DNA of 37,371 nucleotides from Mycobacteriales bacterium (GTDB taxonomy: Bacteria > Actinomycetota > Actinomycetes > Mycobacteriales > QHCA01): the NCBI GenBank assembly GCA_049698415.1, contig JBAVXU010000275.1, forward strand, positions 1 to 37,371, given 5' to 3'. The translations under genes and the position numbers were made by a program. The stretch's first letter is position 1; each line of letters begins with the position of its first letter. A model generated the notes under the pieces. That model was given only the letters and a program-made list of their open reading frames with translations, was not told the DNA's origin and searched no databases. Below are positions 8,233 through 15,571 of this stretch, in pieces.

Positions 8233-9251
8233 GCTGCACTCCCGTCGGCCCACACGTCGGCCTCGATTCGTGACAGGTCCGCCGGTGCCCCTGCCTTGGC
8301 GGCCTCGGTGGCCTCATCGACCGCTTGGCTCACCTTGGACTCGATGTCGGCGAGCACCGTCTCGTCGACGCCCGCCTCGAGGAGCCGGAGGCGGTACGCC
8401 GGGATGGGGTCGCGCGCAAGCCACGCTGCGGTCTCCTCGGGCGATCGGTACTTGGCCGGATCGGCCCGCGAGTGCCCGCCGTGGCGATAGGTCACCGCCT
8501 CGATCAGGCTTGGGCCTTGCCCGGTCCGGGCTCGCTCAAGCGCGCTGCAGGCTGCCGTGTGGACAGCCTCGACGTCGTTGCCGTCGACGAACCACGGATC
8601 GAGCCCGTACGCCGCGGCACGGTCGGCGGCCGGACGCGGCACGGCCGTGACCAGTTCGATGGGGGTGTACTCCATCCACAAGTTGTTCTCGCAGACGAAG
8701 ACCACCGGCAGCGACCAGCGCGCCGCCAGATTGAGTGCCTCGTGGAACGCGCCGATATTCGTGGTGCCGTCGCCGAAGAAGCAGACCGCGACCTGGTCGG
8801 TCCCGCGCAGCCGCGCCGACCACGCAGCGCCGTTGGCGATGGTCAGGTGGGCGCCGACGATGGCGTAGGACCCCATCATTCCCTTGTCGACGCTGGTCAG
8901 ATGCATCGAGCCGCCTTTGCCGCCCATCAGGCCGTTGTCGCGGCCGAGCAACTCGGCCATGACCGGCGTCATCTCGACCCCTCGGGCCAGCGTGTGGGCG
9001 TGACCGCGGTAGGTCGCGAACGTCCAGTCGTCCGGGCGCATCGCGATCCCGAAACCGGCGGCGATGGCCTCCTGCCCCAGCGAGAGGTGGCTGGTCCCCT
9101 TGACCAGGCTCTGCAGGAACAGGTCGTAGGCGCGCTTCTCGAACCGACGCATCCGGGTCATCAGCTCGAACATCCGCAGGCCGAGCTCCTCGTCGAACGG
9201 CTGGTCGAACGCTGGACTCTGTGGGAGCCCGAGATCAGTAGGGGTTGGCAA
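8220..9251 (-). CDS. 2-oxoacid/acetoin dehydrogenase E1 component, alpha subunit (TPP-binding)
   Basis: RMRRFEKRAYDLF..GTSHLSLGQEA; the TPP motif is GDGTTNIGAFHEALN..VVFVCENN; YRHGGHS is also present. I prefer the TTG start at 9251, which has AGAGGAG 7 nt upstream. The alternative is ATG 9173. Confidence 0.88.
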   Translation of the reverse strand: MPTPTDLGLPQSPAFDQPFDEELGLRMFELMTRMRRFEKRAYDLFLQSLVKGTSHLSLGQEAIAAGFGIAMRPDDWTFATYRGHAHTLARGVEMTPVMAELLGRDNGLMGGKGGSMHLTSVDKGMMGSYAIVGAHLTIANGAAWSARLRGTDQVAVCFFGDGTTNIGAFHEALNLAARWSLPVVFVCENNLWMEYTPIELVTAVPRPAADRAAAYGLDPWFVDGNDVEAVHTAACSALERARTGQGPSLIEAVTYRHGGHSRADPAKYRSPEETAAWLARDPIPAYRLRLLEAGVDETVLADIESKVSQAVDEATEAAKAGAPADLSRIEADVWADGSAAWRN

Positions 9252-10497
9252 CGAAGAGCTCCTCTGCGGGGAACAGCGTGATGACCTGGGGGCCCTCGGC
9301 TGTGATGACGATCTCCTCCTCGATCCGGGCGGCCGAGAAACCGTCGGTGGACGGGCAGTAGGTCTCGACGGCGAAGACCATGCCCTCCTTGAGCTCGACC
9401 GGGTGTTCCAGGGAGTTGAGCCGGCTGATGATCGGCCGCTCGTGCAGTGCGAGGCCCAGGCCGTGCCCGAACTGGAGGCCGAACGCGGCCTTCTCGTTCT
9501 CGAATCCGAAGTCCGTGGCCGCCGGCCAGAGCCGGGCCAGCTCGTCGGTGCCGACACCGGGCTTCACGACGTTGATCGCGGCGTCGATCCACTCGCGTGC
9601 CTGCTTGTAGGCATCGCGTTGCGCGCTCGTGCACCGGCCCACGGCGAACGTGCGGTAGTAGCAGGTGCGGTAGCCGTTGAACGACTGGATGATGTCGAAG
9701 TAGACCTGGTCGCCCGGGCGGATGAGCCGGTCGGTGAAGTTGTGCGGGTGCGGGTTGCAGCGCTCACCTGACACGGCGTTGATGGCCTCGACGTCATCGG
9801 AGCCCATCTCGTACAGCCGTTTGTTGGCCAGCGCCACCACTTCGTTCTCGCGGATGCCGGGCTTCAGTGCGTCAACGATCGACTGGTAGGTGCCGTCGAC
9901 CATCGCGGCCGCTGTCGACAGCAAGGCGATCTCGTCGGCCGATTTGATCTCGCGGGCGTCGAGCATCACCTGCTGGCAGTCGGCCACCGTGATGCCCTGC
10001 CTTTGCAACTCGAAGACCATCGGCAACTCGGCGACATCGACCCCGACCGGCATGCCGGCCACTCCGGCGTCATCGAGCATGCCCTTGATCTCGTGCACGG
10101 CTTGTTCGAAGAGGCCGGCATCGGGGGCGATCGAGCCACGCAGGCCGAGTACGCCGGCGCGGGAGTTCTCCGGCGCCAGCCACGACGCGTACAGCTTGTG
10201 GTGCTTGGCGGCCGAGCCGAAGTCCCAGATGACGGGCTCCTGGCCGCGGATCAGCAGGGCGTACCTTGCCATCTTGTCGCGGGCCCATTCGCCGATCATC
10301 GTGCTCGTGAGGTAGCGGATGTTGTTGATGTCGAAGACGAGCAGCGCAGCGAGTTCGGAGCGTTCGAGCGCCTGCCGGGCCCTGCCCAGGCGGTAGTCCC
10401 GCAACCGCCCGAAGTCGACCCGGTCCTCGAAGTCGACGCCCATCCGCCCTGGAGACGGCGCCATCGGCCGGGCCGACCTCTCTGCCATATCGGTCAC
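9235..10497 (-). CDS. M24-family (creatinase/prolidase-fold) metallohydrolase, possibly not a peptidase
   Basis: It has a creatinase-like N-domain (LRDYRLGRARQALE..LLVFD.NNIRYLT) and a pita-bread C-domain (GDQVYFD, FGHGLGLALHERP, FAVETY, RIEEEIVIT). The GTG start forms a GTGA overlap with the upstream gene's stop. Confidence 0.88.
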   Translation of the reverse strand: MTDMAERSARPMAPSPGRMGVDFEDRVDFGRLRDYRLGRARQALERSELAALLVFDINNIRYLTSTMIGEWARDKMARYALLIRGQEPVIWDFGSAAKHHKLYASWLAPENSRAGVLGLRGSIAPDAGLFEQAVHEIKGMLDDAGVAGMPVGVDVAELPMVFELQRQGITVADCQQVMLDAREIKSADEIALLSTAAAMVDGTYQSIVDALKPGIRENEVVALANKRLYEMGSDDVEAINAVSGERCNPHPHNFTDRLIRPGDQVYFDIIQSFNGYRTCYYRTFAVGRCTSAQRDAYKQAREWIDAAINVVKPGVGTDELARLWPAATDFGFENEKAAFGLQFGHGLGLALHERPIISRLNSLEHPVELKEGMVFAVETYCPSTDGFSAARIEEEIVITAEGPQVITLFPAEELFVANPY

Positions 10498-11447
10498 CCA
10501 CCTAATCCATCATCGACTGGCGTTTCTTCCGGTTTGAGCTCAACACCTGAGGCCACCGCCTGCTGGTCGAGCAGGATCGCGAAATCCTCGGTGGTACGTC
10601 CGCTGCTGACGCTCTGCTGCACCAGTTGCGCCGTGGCCGCCGCCAGTGGCATGGGTACGTCGTGCTGGCGTGCTGCGGCCAGGCCGAGGTCGAAGTCCTT
10701 GCGTAACAGCACCGGTGTGAAGGTCGGTGTGTAGTCCAGGTGCACGAAGGCCGGCGACTTGTAGCGGGTGAACACCGAGCCCAAGACGCTGTTGTTGAGG
10801 AAGTCCAGGAACGCCGCCCGGGGGACTCCACCCTTCTCGGCGAGCACGGTGATCTCTGCCATCGACTGCGTGACCACACCGAGGAACAGGTTGTGGCAGA
10901 TCTTGACCAGCCGGGCCGTATCGCCGCCACCCACGTATGTCACATGCCGGCCGATGGCCGAGAGAAGAGGCGCCACCCGTTGATAGGTCTCCTCGTCCCC
11001 GGACACGACCAGGCTGAGCTTGCCGGCGCGGGCGACCTTGCCGTTTCCCGACACGGGGGCGGCCAGGAACTCGGCACCGACCTGCGAGCACGCAGCACGC
11101 ATCCGCTCGGATGTCTCGGTCGAAACGGTGGACGTGTCGACGACGACTTCGGGGACCTGGCCAGGCACGGTGAGCAGGCCGCCGTCGCCGGTGAGGACCT
11201 GCTCGAGATCCTCCGACGTGGACACCATCGTGAAGACGATCTGCCGCACGGCGAGGTCGGCGATGCTGTCGACCACCGTGGCGCCGGACTCTGTCAGCGG
11301 CTCGGCCTTGGCCCGGGTCCGATTCCACACGGCCAGGTCGGCGCCGGATCGGGCCAGCCTGGCGGCCATGGCCGCGCCCATCCGGCCGGTGCCGATCCAG
11401 CCCACCTTCAGGTCAGGGTCGATTGAGCCTGCGGTTTGTTCGCTCAT
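10494..11447 (-). CDS. NAD(P)-dependent oxidoreductase of the 3-hydroxyisobutyrate / 6-phosphogluconate dehydrogenase (HIBADH) family
   Basis: VGWIGTGRMGAAMAARL is a Rossmann motif, followed by ...FLAAPVSGN...KICHNL. It is the first gene of the operon. AGGAG lies just upstream of ATG 11447. Confidence 0.88.
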   Translation of the reverse strand: MSEQTAGSIDPDLKVGWIGTGRMGAAMAARLARSGADLAVWNRTRAKAEPLTESGATVVDSIADLAVRQIVFTMVSTSEDLEQVLTGDGGLLTVPGQVPEVVVDTSTVSTETSERMRAACSQVGAEFLAAPVSGNGKVARAGKLSLVVSGDEETYQRVAPLLSAIGRHVTYVGGGDTARLVKICHNLFLGVVTQSMAEITVLAEKGGVPRAAFLDFLNNSVLGSVFTRYKSPAFVHLDYTPTFTPVLLRKDFDLGLAAARQHDVPMPLAAATAQLVQQSVSSGRTTEDFAILLDQQAVASGVELKPEETPVDDGLGG

Positions 11448-11461
11448 CTGGCTCCTGCCGT

Positions 11462-11475
11462 TGCAATCGATTGCG
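11462..11475. promoter_or_regulatory. Candidate LacI-family operator: perfect 12-bp palindrome GCAATCGATTGC within TGCAATCGATTGCG
   Basis: The palindrome sits at 11463-11474, 15 nt upstream of the operon ATG and 5 nt downstream of the predicted -10. It matches the generic LacI/CcpA-type pattern TGnAAnCGnTTnCA at 13 of 14 positions. A LacI gene is divergently adjacent. Confidence 0.6.
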
Positions 11476-11479
11476 GACC

Positions 11480-11509
11480 ACGCTAACCAGGCCTCTTCGG
11501 CGGTGTCAA
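11480..11509 (-). promoter_or_regulatory. Predicted housekeeping-sigma promoter of the five-gene operon: -35 TTGACA (11509-11504), 18-nt spacer, -10 TAGCGT (11485-11480)
   Basis: The minus strand reads TTGACA-CCGCCGAAGAGGCCTGGT-TAGCGT-GGTCC-GCAATCGATTGC-AACGGCAGGAGCCAG-ATG. The -35 is a perfect consensus hexamer and the -10 fits the actinobacterial TANNNT pattern. Confidence 0.45.
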
Positions 11510-11700
11510 GGCACCTGCCGTCGGGGTCAGGCCGCCGGGTCGGCGGCGCGCAGCCGGCGAGTCAGCCGGTCCGCGGTGCACGGGCGATGCTTCGGCCACA
11601 CGTCCCGCTGGCACACGCCGTCGACCCCTCGAGCGGATTGGTCGACGTGGACGGTCTCGATGAACCGGCGACAATCCGCACAGCCATTACGCTGCGTTCC

Positions 11701-12744
11701 GTGCGGCCGCCGACACTGCGCGACGTCGCCCGGGGGGCTGGTGTGCACCCGGCGACTGCTTCGCGTGCGCTCAATCCCGGCACTCGCGCGCTCGTCAATG
11801 CCGAGACCGTCAGCCGCGTGATGCAGGTTGCGGAGTCGCTGGGCTATCGGCCCAACCCGATCGCGCGCAGCCTGAAGACCTCGCGGTCCGGCACGATCGG
11901 CGTGGTCATCCCCGACCTCACCAACCCGCTCTTCCCACCGATCATCCGCGGCATCGAAGATGTGCTGGGGCCGGCCGGTTTCAACGCGTGGATGGTCAAC
12001 ACCGACAACGACCCGGCACGCGAGGAATCGCTGATCGACTCCCTGCGGTCGCGGCAGGTCGAGGGCCTGATCGTTGCGACCGCGCGACTCGAGCATCCAC
12101 TGCTCCATCGGCTGCGGGCTGAGGGCGTACGCACGGTGCTCGTCAACCGGCGCACGCATGACGATGCCATTGCTTCGGTCACTGCAGATGACGCAACCGG
12201 GGTTGCCGCCGCGGTCACGCACCTGAAAGGACTGGGGCACCGACGGATCGCGCACCTGGCCGGACCGCAGGACACCTCGACCGGCACGGACCGCCGCGAA
12301 GGCTTCGTGCGGGCGCTCCACGATGCCGGGCTAGATGATGATGCGCGTCTTGTCGTGCCGACCGAATGGTGGAGCGAGCACGAGGGCGCGCGCGCCTTGC
12401 GTGAGTTGCTCGACAGCGGCCTCGAATTCACAGCGGTCATCGCCGGCAACGACCTGCTCGCGTTGGGCTGCTACGACGTGTTCGAGGAGCGCGGGATCTC
12501 CTGCCCGGGCGATCTCAGCGTCGTGGGCTTCAACGACATGCCGTTCATCGACAAGCTCCGCCCGCCGCTGACAAGCGTTCGGGTGCCCCACTACGAACTC
12601 GGTGCCGAGGCGGCCCGGATGTTGCTCGCCGGCATCGAGGACCCTCAGGCGGCGCAGGAGTCGGTACTCCTGCCCGTGACGCTGATCCAACGACACTCCT
12701 CGGCGCCGCCGCGCTCAGGCGGTCCGAGGCGCGGACAACACTGA
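11701..12744 (+). CDS. LacI-family transcriptional regulator
   Basis: N-terminal HTH RPPTLRDVARGAGVHPATASRALN..VSRVM..A..LGYRPN.IARSLK is followed by a periplasmic-binding-fold domain (IGVVIPDLTNPLF). I chose GTG 11701 because LacI proteins begin immediately before the HTH. In-frame ATG 11587 and GTG 11647 are alternatives. Confidence 0.88.
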   Translation: MRPPTLRDVARGAGVHPATASRALNPGTRALVNAETVSRVMQVAESLGYRPNPIARSLKTSRSGTIGVVIPDLTNPLFPPIIRGIEDVLGPAGFNAWMVNTDNDPAREESLIDSLRSRQVEGLIVATARLEHPLLHRLRAEGVRTVLVNRRTHDDAIASVTADDATGVAAAVTHLKGLGHRRIAHLAGPQDTSTGTDRREGFVRALHDAGLDDDARLVVPTEWWSEHEGARALRELLDSGLEFTAVIAGNDLLALGCYDVFEERGISCPGDLSVVGFNDMPFIDKLRPPLTSVRVPHYELGAEAARMLLAGIEDPQAAQESVLLPVTLIQRHSSAPPRSGGPRRGQH

Positions 12745-12892
12745 CACCGGGTCAGTGGGAGTGCCACGAAGCGACCGTGGCAGCGCCTCCACAGGTGCGT
12801 GGGGGTTGACCGGATGGCGCGAGTAGTCCAGGCTCGGCTGGCTCATCAGCGCTTCAGGCATCGGGGGCGTATCTCGACAAAGGGGACTTGCT

Positions 12893-14347
12893 TTGAAGCG
12901 TCTGGCCCGTGTGAGCATCCTGTCGACCATCGCGCTGACCGTCCTCGGTGGCGCGCCGCTGACGGCTGCTGATGCCGCTGCACCCACACCGGCCGTGCTC
13001 AGCGTCGGCCAGATCTCGCGCCAGGACGTGGCACCCCAGCCCGGGTCCGAACCGGACACTCTCGTCGAGCCGGACGTCGCCGTCTCACCGCTCAACCCGC
13101 GGATCGCGGTCGCTGCCTCGCACGACGGCCGCTTCCCCGACGGCGGCGCGGTGGCGATCTCGCACGCCTGGACCCGAGATGGCGGCCGCACCTGGCGGCA
13201 TGCCGCGGTGCCCTTCCTGACCAAGGCCGTCGGCGGAGCGTACGACCGCGCGTCCGACCCGGTGCTGGCGTTCGGGCCGGACGGCACGGCGTACCTCTCC
13301 ACGCTGCTCTTCGACACGAACAGCTGCTCAGGGGCTGTCGCGGTGTCACGGTCGACCGACGGTGGCGCGACATTCGAGGCGCCGGTGTTCGCCCACGCCG
13401 GCGATTCCTGCGACTTCTCCGATGACAAGAACTGGATCGTGGTCGACACGTCGAAGAACAGCCCGCACCTGGGCCGGATCTATCAGTTCTGGACCGCCTA
13501 CACCCCGGACGCCCAGGGCAACTACACCGGTGCACAGGTGTTGCGGTGGTCCGATGACCAGGCGGCGACCTGGAGTGACACCGTCTTCCTCACCGAGCCC
13601 GGCATCGACACCCAGGGTTCGCAGCCGATGATCCAGCGCGACGGGACGATCATCGATGCCTACCTGACCTTCGGCCCCGGTGGCAGCGGCGAGAAGCCCG
13701 AGCGGGTCGGCGGCAGGCCCGGGCGCTCGGCCCAAGCGGCCAAGCCGTTGGCGACGCCCGGCGATCCGTTCGTGGCACGCACGTCCCGGGACGGGGGCGC
13801 GACCTGGAGTTCTGAGACGACGATCACCACCGACATCGGCCCTGGGCCTGACGGCATCCGGTGCTGCCTGCCGTCGGCCGTCGCCGATCCCACCACCGGT
13901 CGGTTGTACGCCGCCTGGGAGTCGGTTACGCCGGGTCTGGTCCGGTTGTCGACGTCGAACGACGGGCGGCACTGGTCGGCGCCGATCAAGGTCAACCGCG
14001 ACCCCGGCCGCGGCTACGACCACGTCAACGTCGACGTGACTGCGTTCGCCGGGCGCGCGTTCGTGTCGTACGGCACCCGTAACACGCGGGTGGCTGGTGG
14101 ACGCTATGTGCAGCAGCAGATCTCGGCGTCCTACAACGGTGGCCGGAGCTTCGGTGCCCCGATCTCGGTGGGTGGCCGGTCCGACCTGCGCTACGCCGCA
14201 CAGGCCGGCGGCATCTTCCCGGGTGACTACATCGGAACCGCGGCCGGACCTGGCAAGGTCTATGCCGTGTGGTGCCGCTCCTCGCGCCCGTCGGATCCCT
14301 CGGCGACCTATCACCAGACGCTGTACGCAGCCGTACTCCGGCCGTAA
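12893..14347 (+). CDS. Secreted BNR/Asp-box repeat protein (sialidase / exo-alpha-sialidase-like beta-propeller)
   Basis: TTG start with AAGGGGA upstream. Signal peptide is MKRLARVSILSTIALTVLGGAPLTAADA. Asp-box repeats: TRDGGRTW, SRSTDGGATF, SDDQAATW, SRDGGATW, STSNDGRHW. Confidence 0.85.
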   Translation: MKRLARVSILSTIALTVLGGAPLTAADAAAPTPAVLSVGQISRQDVAPQPGSEPDTLVEPDVAVSPLNPRIAVAASHDGRFPDGGAVAISHAWTRDGGRTWRHAAVPFLTKAVGGAYDRASDPVLAFGPDGTAYLSTLLFDTNSCSGAVAVSRSTDGGATFEAPVFAHAGDSCDFSDDKNWIVVDTSKNSPHLGRIYQFWTAYTPDAQGNYTGAQVLRWSDDQAATWSDTVFLTEPGIDTQGSQPMIQRDGTIIDAYLTFGPGGSGEKPERVGGRPGRSAQAAKPLATPGDPFVARTSRDGGATWSSETTITTDIGPGPDGIRCCLPSAVADPTTGRLYAAWESVTPGLVRLSTSNDGRHWSAPIKVNRDPGRGYDHVNVDVTAFAGRAFVSYGTRNTRVAGGRYVQQQISASYNGGRSFGAPISVGGRSDLRYAAQAGGIFPGDYIGTAAGPGKVYAVWCRSSRPSDPSATYHQTLYAAVLRP

Positions 14348-14365
14348 CCGACGCAGCTCGACAAG

Positions 14366-14438
14366 TGCGCCCGGCAGGAATCGAACCTGCGGCCAAGTGC
14401 TTAGAAGGCACCTGCTCTATCCGCTGAGCTACGGGCGC
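14366..14438 (-). tRNA. tRNA-Arg (anticodon TCT)
   Basis: The reverse complement GCGCCCGTAGCTCAGCGGATAGAGCAGGTGCCTTCTAAGCACTTGGCCGCAGGTTCGATTCCTGCCGGGCGCA folds as a 73-nt cloverleaf. It has a 7-bp acceptor stem, GCTC/GAGC D stem, GGTGC/GCACT anticodon stem, CTTCTAA loop, and GCAGG-TTCGATT-CCTGC T arm. CCA is not encoded. Confidence 0.95.
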
Positions 14439-14454
14439 TCGCGCCTATTGTGCG

Positions 14455-15456
14455 CTATGTGCGTACGACGCTGTCGCCCTCGACGCGCACTGGGATCACC
14501 GGCAATGGCCGGGCGGCTGGACCATTCAGGACCTTGCCGTGCTCGTCGAACTGGGAGCCGTGACACGGGCAGTTGAAGAGGTTGGACTGCCAGGCGACCG
14601 TGCAGCCAGTGTGCGTGCAGATGGCCGACAGGCATTCGAACGTCCCGGCCGTCGGCTGAAGGACGTGCACCTGCTCGCCGGTCTTCTTGTCCGTCACGAG
14701 CACGGCTCCGCCGACCGGGACCTTGTTCGTCGCGACGAGAGCATCGGCCGCGCCCGGAGCTTTGGTCGCGCCTGCGGCGGGTCCCGGAGCTGGGCCGGCT
14801 GCCCCCGGCGCCCTGCTCGCGGTGAGACGGTCCCGGCTCGCGACGGCAGCCCAGACGGCGCTGAGGCCGACGGCGGCGAGTACGAGAGACGCGGCGCCGT
14901 ACTCCATGAAGGACCGCCGGCTCAGCACCGCCTCCTCCGGGGGGCTGCGCTTGGCCAACCAGGCGTCAAGGGACAGAACTCCACCGCTGCCGACCAGGAT
15001 GAGCGGCAGCCAGCTCATCAGGAAGCCGACATCCGAGCCGTAGTAGAACGGCCGGGTGTGCCAGCTCACCGTGAGCAGGAAGTTCAACGAGAGCAGCGCA
15101 CCGCCCACAGCGGCCAGCCGGGAGAACAGGCCGGCCAGTGTGCCGAGGCCGACCGCGATCTCGGCAAGTGAGATCAAAATGCCGACCGCGAGCGGATGGT
15201 CGGCGGCCAGACCGACCAGCGCGCCGATGGGGCTGGTCTGCCGGAAGTTCTGCATCTGGGCGGCAAGGGAGAGCGGGTCAGTTGCGGGCTGGAAGAAGTG
15301 CGGGTCGGAGAGCTTGTCGAGGCCGGCGTAGGTGAAGGTGAAGCCCAGGAACAGCCGCAGGGGCAGCAGCACCCACCCGGGCTGGCGAAGCCGGTTGTTC
15401 CAGGTCCAGGAGGCCGGTTGCGGCGCGTCCACCATGCTCTGCTGCACTGGGGTCAT
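14455..15456 (-). CDS. Fusion protein: N-terminal DoxX/DoxD-like membrane domain plus C-terminal Rieske [2Fe-2S] domain
   Basis: The N-terminal part has four or more hydrophobic helices (LLPLRLFLGFTFTYAGLDKL...). An Ala/Pro/Gly linker follows. The Rieske ligands are CTHTGC ... CPCHGS. Confidence 0.85.
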   Translation of the reverse strand: MTPVQQSMVDAPQPASWTWNNRLRQPGWVLLPLRLFLGFTFTYAGLDKLSDPHFFQPATDPLSLAAQMQNFRQTSPIGALVGLAADHPLAVGILISLAEIAVGLGTLAGLFSRLAAVGGALLSLNFLLTVSWHTRPFYYGSDVGFLMSWLPLILVGSGGVLSLDAWLAKRSPPEEAVLSRRSFMEYGAASLVLAAVGLSAVWAAVASRDRLTASRAPGAAGPAPGPAAGATKAPGAADALVATNKVPVGGAVLVTDKKTGEQVHVLQPTAGTFECLSAICTHTGCTVAWQSNLFNCPCHGSQFDEHGKVLNGPAARPLPVIPVRVEGDSVVRT

Positions 15457-15571
15457 CCGTGCGCACTCCAGTCTGAGGTCGAGTTGAGGCGGTCATGAGG
15501 GTCAACGGTCCAGCCGCACCGATGGTTCAAACTCTGGGCAATCCGGGCGTGCGACGCAATACGGTGAGCTG

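Noticed and set aside
11020-11700. The long N-terminal extension of the LacI ORF (track ORF 11020..12744, 574 aa)
   Set aside because: The extension overlaps the divergent HIBADH gene and the promoter/operator region. It translates to Ser/Arg/Pro-rich sequence, and LacI-family proteins begin at the HTH, which starts at about 11701.
12739-12757. Perfect hairpin CACTGAC-ACCGG-GTCAGTG spanning the LacI stop codon, considered as an intrinsic terminator
   Set aside because: The stem is only 7 bp and no U-tract follows. It could be fortuitous or a protein site, and there is not enough evidence to call it a feature.
14348-14454. tRNA-Arg(TCT) as the boundary of an integrated genomic island
   Set aside because: There is no integrase, excisionase or transposase anywhere in the window. 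I found no direct repeat of the tRNA 3' end, and flanking GC content and codon usage look uniform.
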